NCBI GenBank assembly: GCA_001917135.1
Contig: MNTT01000014.1
Location: forward strand, 73,620 to 137,619
Direction: 5' to 3'
Length of the DNA stretch: 64,000 nt
Source: Acetobacter sp. 46_36
GTDB taxonomy: Bacteria > Pseudomonadota > Alphaproteobacteria > RF32 > CAG-239
Below the pieces are notes generated by a model that was given only the letters and a program-made list of their open reading frames with translations, made no database searches and was not told where the DNA came from. Both the position numbers and the translations under genes were made by a program. Position 1 is the stretch's first letter. Each line of letters opens with the position of its first letter. Positions 19,052-29,259 of the stretch are shown here, in pieces.

Positions 19052-21133
19052 ATGCGTCCGAGTATTTTATATCCGCTGTTTGCTCCGATTGAGGTGCTGA
19101 AAGGAATTGGCGACAAATATGCCAAGTTGGTAAAAAATCTTTGCGGAGAAAAAGTTATTGACGTTTTGTTTCATCTGCCGGTTTCAGTGGTTGACCGGAC
19201 ATGGATGCCGCCGCTCGTTTCGGCACAAAATGGCAGAATATGGACCGGAATTGTAACTGTTACCGAACACCAGCCGCCGCAGACGCGCAAACATCCGTAT
19301 CGGATTTACTGTACGGACGGCACGGCGGAGCTTGTATTGGTATTTTTTAAGGTGTATGCCGATTCGCTGGTGAAAAACTACCCCGTTGGCAGCCAGCGTG
19401 CCATTAGCGGAAAATTGGAGTATTTTAACGGCCTCTGGCAAATGAGCCATCCTGATTACTCCGTACCGGCGGCAATGCTGCCGCAGATAGCCCGGCAGGA
19501 ACCGGTTTACCCGTTGACGGCCGGAGTTACCAATAAAATGGTCTGCCGACTGGAAGAAGAGGCTTTGCAAAAGGTTCCGGAATTGCCGGAATGGCAGCTT
19601 CCAGAGTCGTTGGGAGATTTGGAATATATCAGCTTTAATGAGGCTTTACAGCGTGTACACCACCCCCGGAGTCCTGCGGACTTACTGCCGTCGTCGGCCG
19701 CCCGCCGCCGGCTGGCGTATGATGAGATATTGTCTAACCAGCTGGCTTTGGCTTTTATTCGCAAAAAAGTACGGCAGCAAAAAGGGCGAAGCTTTACGGG
19801 TACCGGCATACTATATCAAAAAGTGCTGTCAGTATTGCCGTTTGCGCTGACAGAAGCTCAGGAAGGGGCGCTTGCAGAAATTGCGGCAGATCAGAATGCG
19901 CCGTATAAAATGCTGCGTCTGCTGCAAGGCGATGTCGGTTCGGGCAAAACGGTCGTTGCCCTGTTAAGTATGCTGAAAGTCGTGGAAGAGGGGGCACAGG
20001 CCGCACTTATGGCCCCAACGGAAATTCTGGCCAAACAGCATTATGAAACCATAAGCGCACTTAGCGGTTCTGCCGGCATACGGATAGGGCTTTTGACCGG
20101 AAAACTCAAAGCCAGAGAGAAAAAAGAAGTATATGCCAAGCTTGCTGCCGGAGAAATTGACATACTTGTCGGCACGCATGCTTTGTTTACGGAAGACGTG
20201 GTATTCAAAGACCTGGGGTACGTTGTTATTGACGAGCAACACCGGTTTGGTGTCAATCAGCGTCTGTCGCTTTCCTCTAAAGGGAATTTGTGTGATGTGC
20301 TTGTTATGACGGCGACGCCGATTCCGCGAAGCCTTCTTTTGACGGCATACGGAGATATGGACTATTCCAAAATCGGCGCGCTCCCGGCCGGGCGCAAACC
20401 GTCGCAGACTGTTGTTATGAATGTTAAAAAAATGCCGGACATTATTGCCGCCCTGCAGCGCAAATTGGATGAAGGAGCTCGCGCATATTGGGTCTGTCCG
20501 CTGGTGGAGGAGTCGGAAAAGTCGGATTTGGCTGCTGCTGCCGAACGCCATGAAATGCTGCAACAGTATTTTGGCAATAAGGTCGGCTTGATTCACGGCA
20601 AGATGAAAGAAACTGAAAAAGATGCGGTAATGGAAGAGTTTAAATCCGGAATCAAAACGCTTTTAGTAGCGACAACAGTCATTGAGGTCGGCGTTAATGT
20701 GCCCGAAGCGACAATTATGATTATAGAACATGCCGAGCGGTTCGGATTGGCGCAGCTGCACCAGTTGCGCGGTAGAATAAAACGAGGTTATGAGACAGGA
20801 ACATGTATCTTGCTGTATGCCTATCCGCTGAGCAATATTGCCAAAGAGCGTTTAAATATTATGAAACAGACCGAAGACGGATTCTACATCGCTGAGAAAG
20901 ATTTGGAACTTCGCGGCGGCGGGGAAATATTGGGCACTCGCCAGTCAGGGTTTACGCAATTTAAACTGGCAGATATGTCCTGTCATCAGGATTTGTTGCT
21001 TCGTGCCCGCGATGATGTGCAGAATATCTTAAAAAATGATTTTCGGCTGGAGACGCCCCGGGGACAGGCGTTAAAGGTGCTGTTATATCTTTTTGAACAA
21101 AATGAGGCGGTAAAGACATATCTTGCCGGTTAG
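19052..21133 (+). CDS. recG: ATP-dependent DNA helicase RecG.
   Basis: Wedge domain plus SF2 helicase motifs (GDVGSGKT, DEQHRFG, QLHQLRGR). Confidence 0.95.
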   Translation: MRPSILYPLFAPIEVLKGIGDKYAKLVKNLCGEKVIDVLFHLPVSVVDRTWMPPLVSAQNGRIWTGIVTVTEHQPPQTRKHPYRIYCTDGTAELVLVFFKVYADSLVKNYPVGSQRAISGKLEYFNGLWQMSHPDYSVPAAMLPQIARQEPVYPLTAGVTNKMVCRLEEEALQKVPELPEWQLPESLGDLEYISFNEALQRVHHPRSPADLLPSSAARRRLAYDEILSNQLALAFIRKKVRQQKGRSFTGTGILYQKVLSVLPFALTEAQEGALAEIAADQNAPYKMLRLLQGDVGSGKTVVALLSMLKVVEEGAQAALMAPTEILAKQHYETISALSGSAGIRIGLLTGKLKAREKKEVYAKLAAGEIDILVGTHALFTEDVVFKDLGYVVIDEQHRFGVNQRLSLSSKGNLCDVLVMTATPIPRSLLLTAYGDMDYSKIGALPAGRKPSQTVVMNVKKMPDIIAALQRKLDEGARAYWVCPLVEESEKSDLAAAAERHEMLQQYFGNKVGLIHGKMKETEKDAVMEEFKSGIKTLLVATTVIEVGVNVPEATIMIIEHAERFGLAQLHQLRGRIKRGYETGTCILLYAYPLSNIAKERLNIMKQTEDGFYIAEKDLELRGGGEILGTRQSGFTQFKLADMSCHQDLLLRARDDVQNILKNDFRLETPRGQALKVLLYLFEQNEAVKTYLAG

Positions 21134-21160
21134 CCTTTTGGATAAAAGGCTATAATTAGT
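21131..21160 (+). terminator. Rho-independent terminator of recG.
   Basis: Perfect 9-bp stem TAGCCTTTT-GGAT-AAAAGGCTA overlapping the stop codon, followed by a T-rich tract. Confidence 0.6.
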
Positions 21161-21538
21161 TGGTTTTATTAAGAAATGTCAAACAAATATAACCGGGTTT
21201 GAAAGCTGCGGGATAGTGCCTATATTAGCGGCGAAACGTTACATGCCTGAAAGTCAAACGGCTGGAAGGCGGTAAAATAAGCCTTAGCGGTGAATATACC
21301 GCACTGTTCATTAGCAGCTTTCAACTTCCAGTCATCTTTTTTAGAAAATTCAGTTGTTTCCGGAAAAGTTTAATATTAGCGTATGGTTAGATAAAATGTC
21401 AGGACAAATTTAAATAAGCCGTCTTGAAATCTTAGCGAATATTTTACTAATCTTTGCTCATATTCAATATATAAATTGTTGCCCATACTCGGTATATAAA
21501 GCAAAGGGAAATTTGCATAAAGCAACGGGAGAAAAGAA

Positions 21539-22576
21539 ATGTCTTGTTATCTGATAACCGGCGGCGCCGGATTTTTTGGAACGGTTTTAAAACAGCACTT
21601 GCTGAAGCAGGGAGCCGAGTGTGTCAGCATAGATTTGGAACCGGATTCGTTTCAGCATCCGCGTTTTACTGCTTATCAGGGAGATATAAACGATGACAGC
21701 CTTATGGAAAAGATATTCTCGGTTCATAAGCCCGAAGCGGTTTTTCATTGTGCCGCCTTGCTGGCACATGTCAAAAAGGATTTAAAGCGCCTTTGGCACG
21801 CTAATGTGGACGGAACACGGAACGTTTATGATTTTGCCTTAAAATACGGCGTGAAGAAAATAGTTTTTATTTCCAGCAATTGCTTGTGGGCAAAAAACTT
21901 CGATTCTCCCGTTACGGAAGATGAAGAGCCTAATCCTGTCGAAATATACGGAAAATCGAAGCTTGAAGGCGAGAAAATTTTGTTGTCTCAGCCCGATAAA
22001 ATAAACAGCATCATTTTTCGCAGTCCGACAATAATGGACGAAGGGCGGCTGGGATTACTGGGCATCTTGTTTGAATTCATCGATGAAGGGCGGAAACTGC
22101 CGATGGTCGGCGATGGAACCAACCGCTACCAGTTTATTTATGCCAAAGATTTGGCGAAAGCCTGCGAATTGGCTCTTGCCGCGGATTATTCCGAAATCTT
22201 TAATATCGGCGCAGATGATGTCAAAAGCTTTAATGAGGTGTATCAGTACGTTATCAATAAATCAGGCTCCGGTTCCCGGCTGTTCCATTTTCCGAAACTG
22301 CCGATGATATGGGCAATGAAGGTCTGTTTTTGGCTGGGAATTTCTCCTTTAGGACCTTATCAGTATAAAATGATTGCTTCCAATTTTATTTTTGATACTT
22401 CCAAAATAAAAGAAAAACTGGGATTCTGCCCGACTTTGAAAAATGAAGAGATGCTTTTGCGGGCTTATGAATTTTATCATCAAAACAAAAACGAAATCTT
22501 AAACCGCAAAGACGTTTCCGCCCATAATTCAGTCGCCAAAATGGGGGTGATAAAAATCCTGAAATGGTTGATGTAA
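21539..22576 (+). CDS. NAD-dependent epimerase/dehydratase family protein.
   Basis: N-terminal GGAGFFG Rossmann motif; SDR-extended family features. Confidence 0.8.
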   Translation: MSCYLITGGAGFFGTVLKQHLLKQGAECVSIDLEPDSFQHPRFTAYQGDINDDSLMEKIFSVHKPEAVFHCAALLAHVKKDLKRLWHANVDGTRNVYDFALKYGVKKIVFISSNCLWAKNFDSPVTEDEEPNPVEIYGKSKLEGEKILLSQPDKINSIIFRSPTIMDEGRLGLLGILFEFIDEGRKLPMVGDGTNRYQFIYAKDLAKACELALAADYSEIFNIGADDVKSFNEVYQYVINKSGSGSRLFHFPKLPMIWAMKVCFWLGISPLGPYQYKMIASNFIFDTSKIKEKLGFCPTLKNEEMLLRAYEFYHQNKNEILNRKDVSAHNSVAKMGVIKILKWLM

Positions 22577-22577
22577 A

Positions 22578-23645
22578 TCAGCTGCTGCGACGCAAATTAT
22601 GTATAAAGCAGCAAAGTTTGTATGCTGTATAGGCAAATACATAATTTATGCCGAGCCATATCAGCCAATATAAAATATCCCAAACGGCCGAGTCTCCAAG
22701 TCTGGCTGATTTGACAAAATAGCCCCGGTATAGAAAGCCGTTAAAGCCGAATAAATAAGGGCTGAGCTTGCCGGTAAATATCAAAAAATGGCTTGTTGTT
22801 TGACCGATAAGCCGATAGCCGCACAAAAAAAGCGCGACGCTGGCCGTGAAACTGAATATAAAAACATATTGTGAAAGCTGTGCTATGATAAGCACAATCA
22901 AAGAAAGTAAAAACACAATGGCATTGAAAGTTTTGTTTTCAAGAAAAGTTAACCGTTTTTCGTAGATGGCAACAAAAATTCCTAAAGAAAATTCCGGAAT
23001 ATGTCCAATGGCGTTGGAATACAGGCCGATACCGGTGCCGCAGTATTTCATCCAGTATAAGGCAATGAGAAGATAAGAAAAACAAATCAGAACAATATTG
23101 CTGATATCCTTTTGAATAAATTTGTACAGAAAAAGAAACAATAAGTAGAGCTGAATAATCAGGGAAAAGAACCACCACGGCCCACAAACCAGAAACAGCG
23201 TTTCCGGCGAAAGATTTGTTGTCAGGGACAATACGTGCAGGACTGCTCTATAATTAACCTTTGGCACGATAAATAAATATAAAGCGGCACTACATAAAAA
23301 AAGCAGATAGATTTTTGCAATATGCCGTCCGATAAACCTTATATTCCTTTCGGTATGATGGTTTGCAAAAGATTTGGTCAGTCCGTATCCGCTAAGAAAA
23401 ATGAACAGATAAACCCCGTAAAATCCCCAAAATGAAAATAAACAGTTTATAGCGTCAGGCCATGTAAAATCCTGTAAAAAGCGTGAAAAATACATCGGGT
23501 AAAAATGCATTTCGTTTTCATAAGTTACAGGCGGCACCCAATGAAAAAAATTGTGCGACATAATGCATAATATTGCAAAGCCCTTCAAAAATAATGTCTG
23601 AACAGGAGTAAGATAACAGTATTTAGAAATCATCACAGTCCTCAT
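22578..23645 (-). CDS. Acyltransferase family 3 (OafA/YrhL-like) integral membrane protein.
   Basis: About 10 TM segments; N-terminal LKGFAILCIMSHNFFHW motif typical of acyltransferase_3. Confidence 0.65.
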   Translation of the reverse strand: MRTVMISKYCYLTPVQTLFLKGFAILCIMSHNFFHWVPPVTYENEMHFYPMYFSRFLQDFTWPDAINCLFSFWGFYGVYLFIFLSGYGLTKSFANHHTERNIRFIGRHIAKIYLLFLCSAALYLFIVPKVNYRAVLHVLSLTTNLSPETLFLVCGPWWFFSLIIQLYLLFLFLYKFIQKDISNIVLICFSYLLIALYWMKYCGTGIGLYSNAIGHIPEFSLGIFVAIYEKRLTFLENKTFNAIVFLLSLIVLIIAQLSQYVFIFSFTASVALFLCGYRLIGQTTSHFLIFTGKLSPYLFGFNGFLYRGYFVKSARLGDSAVWDILYWLIWLGINYVFAYTAYKLCCFIHNLRRSS

Positions 23646-24165
23646 CTACAATTTCTTTAGCAATATCATAGTCGAATCCTGCCCGAATGAGTGTTCCGAG
23701 GTCTTTTTGGCGGAAGTTTTGACGTTCTTCCTCGCTGTTTCTGAAACAGCCGATTTTTTTCTTTTGGGCAAAATTTAAGGCAGTATCTTTTTCCGAATAG
23801 TTTGCCTCTTCAAAAACAGAGGAAATGGTTTTCTCGTCAATGCCTTTTTGTTTTAATTTTTGCTCAATATAGCGTTTGGGCTTTCCTGCATTCAGATAAC
23901 CGTTGACTTTAAATTCGGCAAACCGTCTGTCATTAACAAAATTATGGCTCAAACATTCATCTATGACCTCCTCCGTCCATTGATAAGCTTCAGAGGGATT
24001 GTATTCTTTGTTTACGAAAGCATATTTGTCGATTCTTCGTTTTAATACCTGGCGCAGAGTTTCTTCAGAACTTTCAAAACGTTCAAGATAATACAGGGCT
24101 ATATTGCGCAGCCTTGCTTTAGTGGGTGCTTTGGGGGCATTTTTTTTCGTTTTTTCTGTAAACAC
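23623..24165 (-). CDS. recX: Regulatory protein RecX.
   Basis: RecX-like three-helix-repeat sequence (ARLRNIALYYLERFESSEETLRQVL...). Confidence 0.75.
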   Translation of the reverse strand: MFTEKTKKNAPKAPTKARLRNIALYYLERFESSEETLRQVLKRRIDKYAFVNKEYNPSEAYQWTEEVIDECLSHNFVNDRRFAEFKVNGYLNAGKPKRYIEQKLKQKGIDEKTISSVFEEANYSEKDTALNFAQKKKIGCFRNSEEERQNFRQKDLGTLIRAGFDYDIAKEIVDEDCDDF

Positions 24166-24235
24166 TTGAAAATTACCTTTTTATATACTAGCTTAACCGT
24201 AAGATATATCTTTAATTATATAGAGGAATAAAAAA

Positions 24236-25159
24236 TTGGCTAATAAAAATTTTGATGAGTGCGTATCTTTTTTGATTGACAACGGGTTGTTTGTCGGCCG
24301 GATTTGCCGCTTGGAAAACGTGTTAAAAACAATTATTGCAAAACACGGGTATATGAAAAACGTTTCCGCCGCTTTGTCCGAAAGCACTGCCTTGGCCGTG
24401 CTTCTTGCCAATGCCCTGAAGTTTGAGGGGCTTTTTACGCTTCAGATGCAGGGAAACGGGCCGGTATCGACCATCGTCGTTGACGTAACATCGGACGGGA
24501 AGTTGCGCTCATGTGCCAATTATGACAAAGAGCGCTTGGAGAAGGCTTTTGCTTTGCGCAAGAATGAGGGGGAAATAGAAGCAACGCCGCATCTGTTGGG
24601 GGAGGGAACGCTCGCTTTTACGATTGATGACGGCAAAAACAATTATCATCAGGGGGTTGTCGACCTGCAAGGAAAGACGTTGGAGGAATGTGCTTTGCGT
24701 TATTTCAAACAGTCAGAGCAGATTGAAACGATGCTGCGGTTGTTTGTCGATGTTCCGGCGGAAGAGGATGGAGAATGGAAGGCGGGTGGCATTATTGTGC
24801 AGCGTATTCCTGAAATCGGTGGTAAAAATATTGATAAGGAGCAGCTGCCGGAACTTCGAAACGAAGCTGAAATTTTAATGAATTCGCTGACGGCCGAGGA
24901 ATTGTTTGATGAAAATTTGAGTTTACAGGAAATACTGCACCGATTGTATCATGCCAACGGTTTATCCGTAACCAAGGATAACCATTATGAATTTTGTTGC
25001 CGTTGCAGCCGGGAGAAACTGCTGAAAACGCTGCGTGGATTTTCGGAAGATGACTTGGCCTCAATGCTGGACGAAAATTCAAAAATAACGGCAAAATGCG
25101 GTTTTTGCTCAGAAACGTATGAGTTTACGATTCCTGAGATTATGCAAAAACTCAATTGA
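24236..25159 (+). CDS. hslO: Redox-regulated chaperone Hsp33.
   Basis: C-terminal CxxC...CxxC zinc centre (CCRCS...CGFCSETYEF); Hsp33 N-domain. Confidence 0.9.
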   Translation: MANKNFDECVSFLIDNGLFVGRICRLENVLKTIIAKHGYMKNVSAALSESTALAVLLANALKFEGLFTLQMQGNGPVSTIVVDVTSDGKLRSCANYDKERLEKAFALRKNEGEIEATPHLLGEGTLAFTIDDGKNNYHQGVVDLQGKTLEECALRYFKQSEQIETMLRLFVDVPAEEDGEWKAGGIIVQRIPEIGGKNIDKEQLPELRNEAEILMNSLTAEELFDENLSLQEILHRLYHANGLSVTKDNHYEFCCRCSREKLLKTLRGFSEDDLASMLDENSKITAKCGFCSETYEFTIPEIMQKLN

Positions 25160-25261
25160 TATAAAATCAGTATGATATTAAATAAGTGTTAAACTTTTTT
25201 GTTTAAACTTTTGGCAAAAGACGGAAGTTTTTTGTTTGGACAACTAAAATGGAAGAGCCTG

Positions 25262-25879
25262 ATGAATAAATTAAGAAATATAGCGCTGATATTCAGCAGT
25301 TTGTTTTTATTTTCGTGTACGTCAACCAGTGATATTGACGCTGTGCCGCTGAAATATTGCGAACCCAGATTTCAAACCATGGCCCCGATTGAACTGAATG
25401 TTGAAAAAGTTGAAATAGTTTCAGAATTCATTCCGTCGTTTACGCGTCCGAATGTGGAACATCTGTTTCCTGTTTCGATTGAAAAAGCTGCAAAACTTTG
25501 GGCAGAAGACCGCCTTAAAGCTGACGGATTTTCCTCTAACCGTATAGCTGAATTTATCATAAAAGATGCTTCTGTTACCGAAGAAGTCGAAAAATCGGAA
25601 GAACTTTTGCAAAAAGACCGTCTGAAGTATCGTGCCAATTTGTCCGTAGTGCTGAAAATTACCGATAAGTCGAATTTGGCTGCCGCCGAAACATCTATTG
25701 ATGCTTGGCGTGAATTACGAATTCCTGTCGATACGAAAATCGCTGACAAGGAAAAATACTGGAATGATATGGTTTATAAGCTGTTTGACGAATTTAACCG
25801 CCGGATGGAGCAAAACATAAACGAATATCTGAATATGTATGTAAAAAATAATTACAGCATCAAAGAATATAAAGATTAA
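25262..25879 (+). CDS. Hypothetical lipoprotein. Start at MNKLRNIALIFSSLFLFSC; lipobox LFSC.
   Basis: Lipoprotein signal peptide; no other motifs. Confidence 0.55.
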   Translation: MNKLRNIALIFSSLFLFSCTSTSDIDAVPLKYCEPRFQTMAPIELNVEKVEIVSEFIPSFTRPNVEHLFPVSIEKAAKLWAEDRLKADGFSSNRIAEFIIKDASVTEEVEKSEELLQKDRLKYRANLSVVLKITDKSNLAAAETSIDAWRELRIPVDTKIADKEKYWNDMVYKLFDEFNRRMEQNINEYLNMYVKNNYSIKEYKD

Positions 25880-25905
25880 GTATCAGAAAATAATCGTACA
25901 ACAAA

Positions 25906-25930
25906 GCGCCCCAAAAGGGGTGCCTTTTTT
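25906..25930 (+). terminator. Rho-independent terminator after the lipoprotein gene.
   Basis: GCGCCCC-AAAA-GGGGTGC hairpin followed by CTTTTTTAT. Confidence 0.6.
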
Positions 25931-26014
25931 ATATCATATATCAAAATTTCCCGGCTCCAAATATGCTTCCGAAATTCAGAAACCGGTTTATCTGTGATAA
26001 GTGATAATCTAAAC

Positions 26015-26416
26015 CTAATTTAAAACTCTTCCGTTGTCATTCGCAATTAAGCTCAATACCGGCAGTCGAATATCTTTAATTTCATGCCTGTCGTTAGCTA
26101 TTTTGCAGCTGCCGCATAAAACTGCGCTGGCTTTAGACGTAGCATAATCCTCAAACTCAAAGACTTCTCCCGGTTCCAATTCGGGCAATTCGCCGCCAAA
26201 GCCTTCGCTGGCGACTGAAACTTGGCGGCCTTTGACATCGGTAATAGAGATTTTTCTGCCCAGTAAACTAATTTTATCCGGAGAATTGTTTTCAATCCTC
26301 AGGTAATATCCCCAGCAAAATTCATCCCCGACAGCTTTCTCATTTAACAACTCATTGTAAACGGAAATAACAATACCGTTGTCGCGTTCTGTTGCAAAGT
26401 CATCGTTGCAGTACAT
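26015..26416 (-). CDS. apaG: ApaG (DUF525) protein.
   Basis: ApaG-like sequence (GYYLRIENNS...SEGFGGELPELEPGEVFEFE). Confidence 0.8.
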   Translation of the reverse strand: MYCNDDFATERDNGIVISVYNELLNEKAVGDEFCWGYYLRIENNSPDKISLLGRKISITDVKGRQVSVASEGFGGELPELEPGEVFEFEDYATSKASAVLCGSCKIANDRHEIKDIRLPVLSLIANDNGRVLN

Positions 26417-26542
26417 TTACAGATTCCCAAAAGTTTCTTTTTCAATGCGGCCGTTGTTTCAATATGGCAACATCTGTAATTAATAAATAATTAACTTTTG
26501 AAAATCTGTAAAAATGAATCTGCTTTTTTTCAACAGAAAGGA

Positions 26543-26911
26543 TTACTTAACGCGTCCGTAACTGTCTTCGAAACGAACGATATCCGCTTCATCCAGATTG
26601 TCTCCGGTTTGGATTTCAATAAACGTTAAAGGAACCTGCTGCGAGGTATTTTTTATCCTGTGTTTGGTTTTTACCGGAATGTAAACTGCTTCGTCCTTGT
26701 GTCTGTACAGGGTGTCTTCGCCCAAAACGACCATGGCTTCTCCGTCGACGATAATCCAATGTTCTGCACGGAAATTGTGCATTTGCAGCGAGAGGATTGC
26801 GTCTGGTTTTACCGTAATTTTCTTTACGCAGAAATTTTCGCCAGAATCCAAAACTTTCCAAGTTCCCCACGGGCGGGAGTCGTGGTCGCCCCGTTTGTAA
26901 TTTGTTGCCAT
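26543..26911 (-). CDS. Cupin-domain protein (mannose-6-phosphate isomerase type II C-terminal-like).
   Basis: Small cupin signature with His residues (HNFRAEHWIIVDGEA). Confidence 0.6.
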   Translation of the reverse strand: MATNYKRGDHDSRPWGTWKVLDSGENFCVKKITVKPDAILSLQMHNFRAEHWIIVDGEAMVVLGEDTLYRHKDEAVYIPVKTKHRIKNTSQQVPLTFIEIQTGDNLDEADIVRFEDSYGRVK

Positions 26912-27005
26912 TATAATTTATCCTTTTCTAAAAAAATAATCTGGAATAAAAGAATAATAAGTGGTATAAGAAAAAATACAAGCAAGAATTTACAAAGAGG
27001 GGATT

Positions 27006-29210
27006 ATGGCGGAAACGGAAAATTTCGCACTTGAGGTTATAAAACGGATACATCATGAGTTGGGAGCCGAAAACAGTGCGGATAAGCTAAAGCTGGTTAT
27101 AAAAATCATTGCCGAAGAAACTCGGTCTGCGTCGGCGGACATTTATGTCAAGGCAGATGACGTAACGCTGGAGCACATTGCCGGTTTTCCGCAAAATGGC
27201 AGCCGCCCGGCGGTTCGTATCGGCGAAGGTGTTGTCGGCAAGGCCGGTGCGGACAACCGTACTTCATTTGTAAAAACCAAAGAGGAATTCAAAATTGCCA
27301 CGCCGCTGAAACGCTGGAACAAACCTGTCGGCGTATTGCTGGTAGCTTATCCGAAACCGCATGATTATGATGAAAATGAAGCCGAGGCATTGGAAACTAT
27401 ATGTATGTTTCTTAGCGAATTTATTGCATCGGAAGAGGTTTCCATTTATATTCGCAAATTTATAAAAAGCCGCGGTATCGTTGCCAAAGACCGGTTAAAG
27501 GGAACGGTAATTAACGGCGGATACGGATTGGGTAATGTTATTGTACATCGCCGCCGTAAAGCGGTTACGGAGGTTTTTGCCAAAGATAAAGACCGTGAAT
27601 TGCAAAACCTTGAAACGGCACGGCAGAAGATGAATGAAGATTTGAACGAAAAAATCAGCCGTGAAGGAATGTCCAAAGGCGAGCATGTGGAGATTCTGGA
27701 TGCTTATCGGATGATTGCCAATGACAAGGGGTGGTATAACCGGATAACAAATCACATTAATTCGGGTTTAACGGCCGAGGCCGCAGTAGAACAGGCTTAT
27801 GCGGAAATGTGGAACCGTTTGTCAGGAACAACCGATTCTTATCTGAAAGAGCGTTTGCACGATCTGCGCGATATAGCCGACCGTCTGCGTCTGTACTTGA
27901 GCGGGGAAGATTGCAATACTGGCATAAATAACGACTATACGGATGTTATAATTGTCGCAACATCTATGGGACCGGCGGATTTGATGGATTATGACTATAA
28001 AAAAATCCGGGGTTTGATTATAGAGGAATGCACACCGACGATGCATGTAGCCATTGTCGCCAAAGCTCTGAATGTTCCGGTAATTGCCGGAATAGAGGGG
28101 TTGTTTAAAGACGTTAAGGACGGAGCCGTTATTGCCGTTGACGGGGCGGACGGTTCCGTATATGTCAATCCGCCGAAGGCTGTAATAGAAAAAATTTCGG
28201 CCAAAATGGAGGAAAAAAAGAAAGAACTCCAGCAAATACAGAAACTCAAAAATTTAAAAAGCAAGACCAAAGATTCAGAAAGGGTAAACCTTTATATCAA
28301 TATCGGCATGGATTTTGACTTTGATTATATAAAAAGCACCAACTGCGACGGAGTCGGCCTGTACCGGACGGAAATTTTGTTTATGTCTTCCGACAAGATG
28401 CCCGATATTGAAAAACAAGTCGAGTGCTATAAGCGCCTGTATCAGGCAGCAGATGGAAAAAAAATAATTTTCCGTAGTCTTGATGTCGGTTCCGATAAGT
28501 TGCTGCCGTACTGGAACAGTATATCGGAAGATAATCCGGCAATAGGTTGGCGTTCGATTCGCATTACGCTGGACAGGAGAGCTATCCTTCGTAAACAGAT
28601 GCGAGCTTTTATTCGTGCGGCATCAGGACAGGAACTGAACGTTATGTTTCCGATGATTTCCAATCTGGACGAGTTTCTTGAAGCAAAAGAAACTTTTATG
28701 TTTGCTTATGAACGTGAAAAGCGCGAAGGGTACGAACTGCCGTCAAAAGTGAACCTGGGAATGATGATAGAAGTTCCTTCTGTTGTCTTTCAGTTGCGGG
28801 AGATATTGAAATACTGCGATTTTATTTCTGTCGGGACAAATGACTTGTATCAGTTTTTCTTTGCCTGCGATCGGGGAAATCCTCGTCTGAGCGGCAGATA
28901 CGATGTCCTTTCCGCCCCGTTTTTAAATCTGATGAAAAAAATTATAAAAGAAGCCAATAACGCGGGGGTTCCTTGCTCCGTCTGCGGGGAAATGGCCAGC
29001 TCGCCGCTGGATGCCATGGCTTTGATTGGCTTGGGTTTCCGCAACCTGTCGGTATCAAGCGCGTCTTATGGTAAAGTCAAGGCGATGATTCGGTCTTTGT
29101 CGGCACGAGGGGTGGAAGACTATCTGAACAACATATTGTCATCTTCGCGTCGGACATTGCGCCCGCAATTAAAATCCTACGCGGCTGATCACGCTATTGA
29201 AATCTATTAA
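27006..29210 (+). CDS. ptsP: Phosphoenolpyruvate-protein phosphotransferase PtsP (Enzyme I-Ntr): GAF domain plus Enzyme I.
   Basis: N-terminal GAF-like region; PEP-utilising-enzyme motifs (GGxTSHVAIVAKAL-like MHVAIVAKALNVP; C-terminal TIM-barrel NDLYQ). Confidence 0.9.
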   Translation: MAETENFALEVIKRIHHELGAENSADKLKLVIKIIAEETRSASADIYVKADDVTLEHIAGFPQNGSRPAVRIGEGVVGKAGADNRTSFVKTKEEFKIATPLKRWNKPVGVLLVAYPKPHDYDENEAEALETICMFLSEFIASEEVSIYIRKFIKSRGIVAKDRLKGTVINGGYGLGNVIVHRRRKAVTEVFAKDKDRELQNLETARQKMNEDLNEKISREGMSKGEHVEILDAYRMIANDKGWYNRITNHINSGLTAEAAVEQAYAEMWNRLSGTTDSYLKERLHDLRDIADRLRLYLSGEDCNTGINNDYTDVIIVATSMGPADLMDYDYKKIRGLIIEECTPTMHVAIVAKALNVPVIAGIEGLFKDVKDGAVIAVDGADGSVYVNPPKAVIEKISAKMEEKKKELQQIQKLKNLKSKTKDSERVNLYINIGMDFDFDYIKSTNCDGVGLYRTEILFMSSDKMPDIEKQVECYKRLYQAADGKKIIFRSLDVGSDKLLPYWNSISEDNPAIGWRSIRITLDRRAILRKQMRAFIRAASGQELNVMFPMISNLDEFLEAKETFMFAYEREKREGYELPSKVNLGMMIEVPSVVFQLREILKYCDFISVGTNDLYQFFFACDRGNPRLSGRYDVLSAPFLNLMKKIIKEANNAGVPCSVCGEMASSPLDAMALIGLGFRNLSVSSASYGKVKAMIRSLSARGVEDYLNNILSSSRRTLRPQLKSYAADHAIEIY

Positions 29211-29259
29211 AAAGTATGTTTTAATACCTGAAAGCAACTTGATTACGAAAGTTAAAGCC

